From: an uncultured Chthonomonadaceae bacterium
Lineage (GTDB): Bacteria > Armatimonadota > Chthonomonadetes > Chthonomonadales > Chthonomonadaceae
DNA length: 64,000 bases
Direction of reading: 5' to 3'
NCBI GenBank assembly: GCA_963817895.1
Contig: CAWFQB010000001.1
Coordinates: forward strand, 640,001-704,000
Shown here: piece by piece, positions 63,301 to 64,000 of the stretch
Numbering within the stretch: position 1 is the first letter of the stretch
Layout: each line of letters opens with the position of its first letter
The notes under the pieces: model-generated
Database searches by the model: none
What the model saw: only the letters and a program-made list of their open reading frames with translations
Told to the model about the DNA's origin: nothing
Position numbers and translations under genes: made by a program

Positions 63301-64000
63301 TCTGCGCCGGTTACTCCCCGGATGGGAAGCGGATTGCTGCCGCAGGCGCAAACAACCTCCCGCGCATCTGGATTCCGCAGCCGGCTATCAGCGCGCAAGA
63401 CGGATACTTTCAAGAGTTGAAGGGCCATTCCAAAGAGGTTTACAGCATCGCCTTTTCCTCCGATGGTTCGCAGGTGATTACCGCCAGCGCGGACGGCGCG
63501 GCGAGAATATGGGACGCGCTGACAGGAACCTGCCTGCAAACCCTCAACGCCGACGCGGGACCCGTCCTCTACGGCGCTCTTTCGGGCGACAAAAAGACCG
63601 CGCTGACCGCCGGCAGGGACGGTTCGGCCCGCCTGTGGGACGCGCGAACCAAAACCGTCCTGCATACCTTCACGCCCGCCCGGTCTGTCGGCAGGAGCGG
63701 CAAGCCCCCTTCCGATTACCCCAATACGGCTGTTTTTTCCCCGGACGCCCGGCATGTACTGACTGCCGACACGAACCATCAGGCGTACCTGTGGGATGTA
63801 AAAACGGGGCAGATGGAGGCTGTGTTGAGCGGGCATACGGACAGCGTTCAATCCGCCTGTTTTTCTCATGACGGGAAGCGTATCGTTACGGCCAGCCGGG
63901 ATCAAACCCTGCGGCTATGGGATGTGCAGGCGGTATTGCAGGCGGGCAGGTCGAAACAAACGCCCGTGCCGCTGTTTCACATCAACGTCGGCGGCAGGGG
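60317..64000 (+). CDS. AAA_35-like NTPase + TM/coiled coil + WD40 repeats; apparent frameshifts, runs off the window
   Basis: GTGA overlap with the previous gene; SRQVGKSSL, IFIDEID, TPFNIG, TGGHPYLTQ, VRNRIY; many GH..V.S..FS.DG..I.TAS.D...RLWD units from ~62220. Confidence 0.88.

Noticed and set aside
1807..64000. Many frameshifted genes as true pseudogenes or programmed frameshifts
   Set aside because: They hit conserved genes such as der, lepA and radA as scattered single-base indels without in-frame stops, typical of unpolished long reads; only the IS630 A8 site fits a known programmed frameshift
1..64000. CRISPR array, rRNA, prophage
   Set aside because: No regularly spaced 25-40 bp repeats with unique spacers, and no rRNA or phage structural signatures seen

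Overview
Bacterial chromosomal window, GC-rich with several visibly AT-richer accessory patches. Scattered single-base frameshifts, even in conserved genes (lepA, der, radA), are most simply long-read assembly errors. Housekeeping/metabolic genes: lepA, sdhA/sdhB-type subunits, radA, der, a LysR regulator, an S8 protease, a serine hydrolase, two glycoside hydrolase-like proteins, a macrodomain protein and a B12-binding radical SAM enzyme. Accessory content: (i) toxin-antitoxin genes and remnants (PIN, MazF pair, HigBA-like pair); (ii) a DUF262/HNH GmrSD-like gene; (iii) a four-gene cassette at 17.3-22.2 kb (unknown protein, QueC-like enzyme split by an IS630-type element, XRE-HTH/IrrE-like protein, PIN-like protein), the best candidate for an undescribed defence system; (iv) an Rpn/DUF4351 gene with an internal start and spare C-terminal tails; (v) a ~16 kb Ser/Thr kinase-PP2C-FHA-ABC signalling cluster, divergent from a BTAD-AAA_35 plus AAA_35-WD40 gene pair. 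Small repeats include GTAG-type REP doublets (one REP lies inside radA), a 123-bp MITE matching the IS ends, and heptamer-repeat hairpins. No rRNA, convincing tRNA or CRISPR array was seen. All family assignments come from motif recognition by eye, not database searches.
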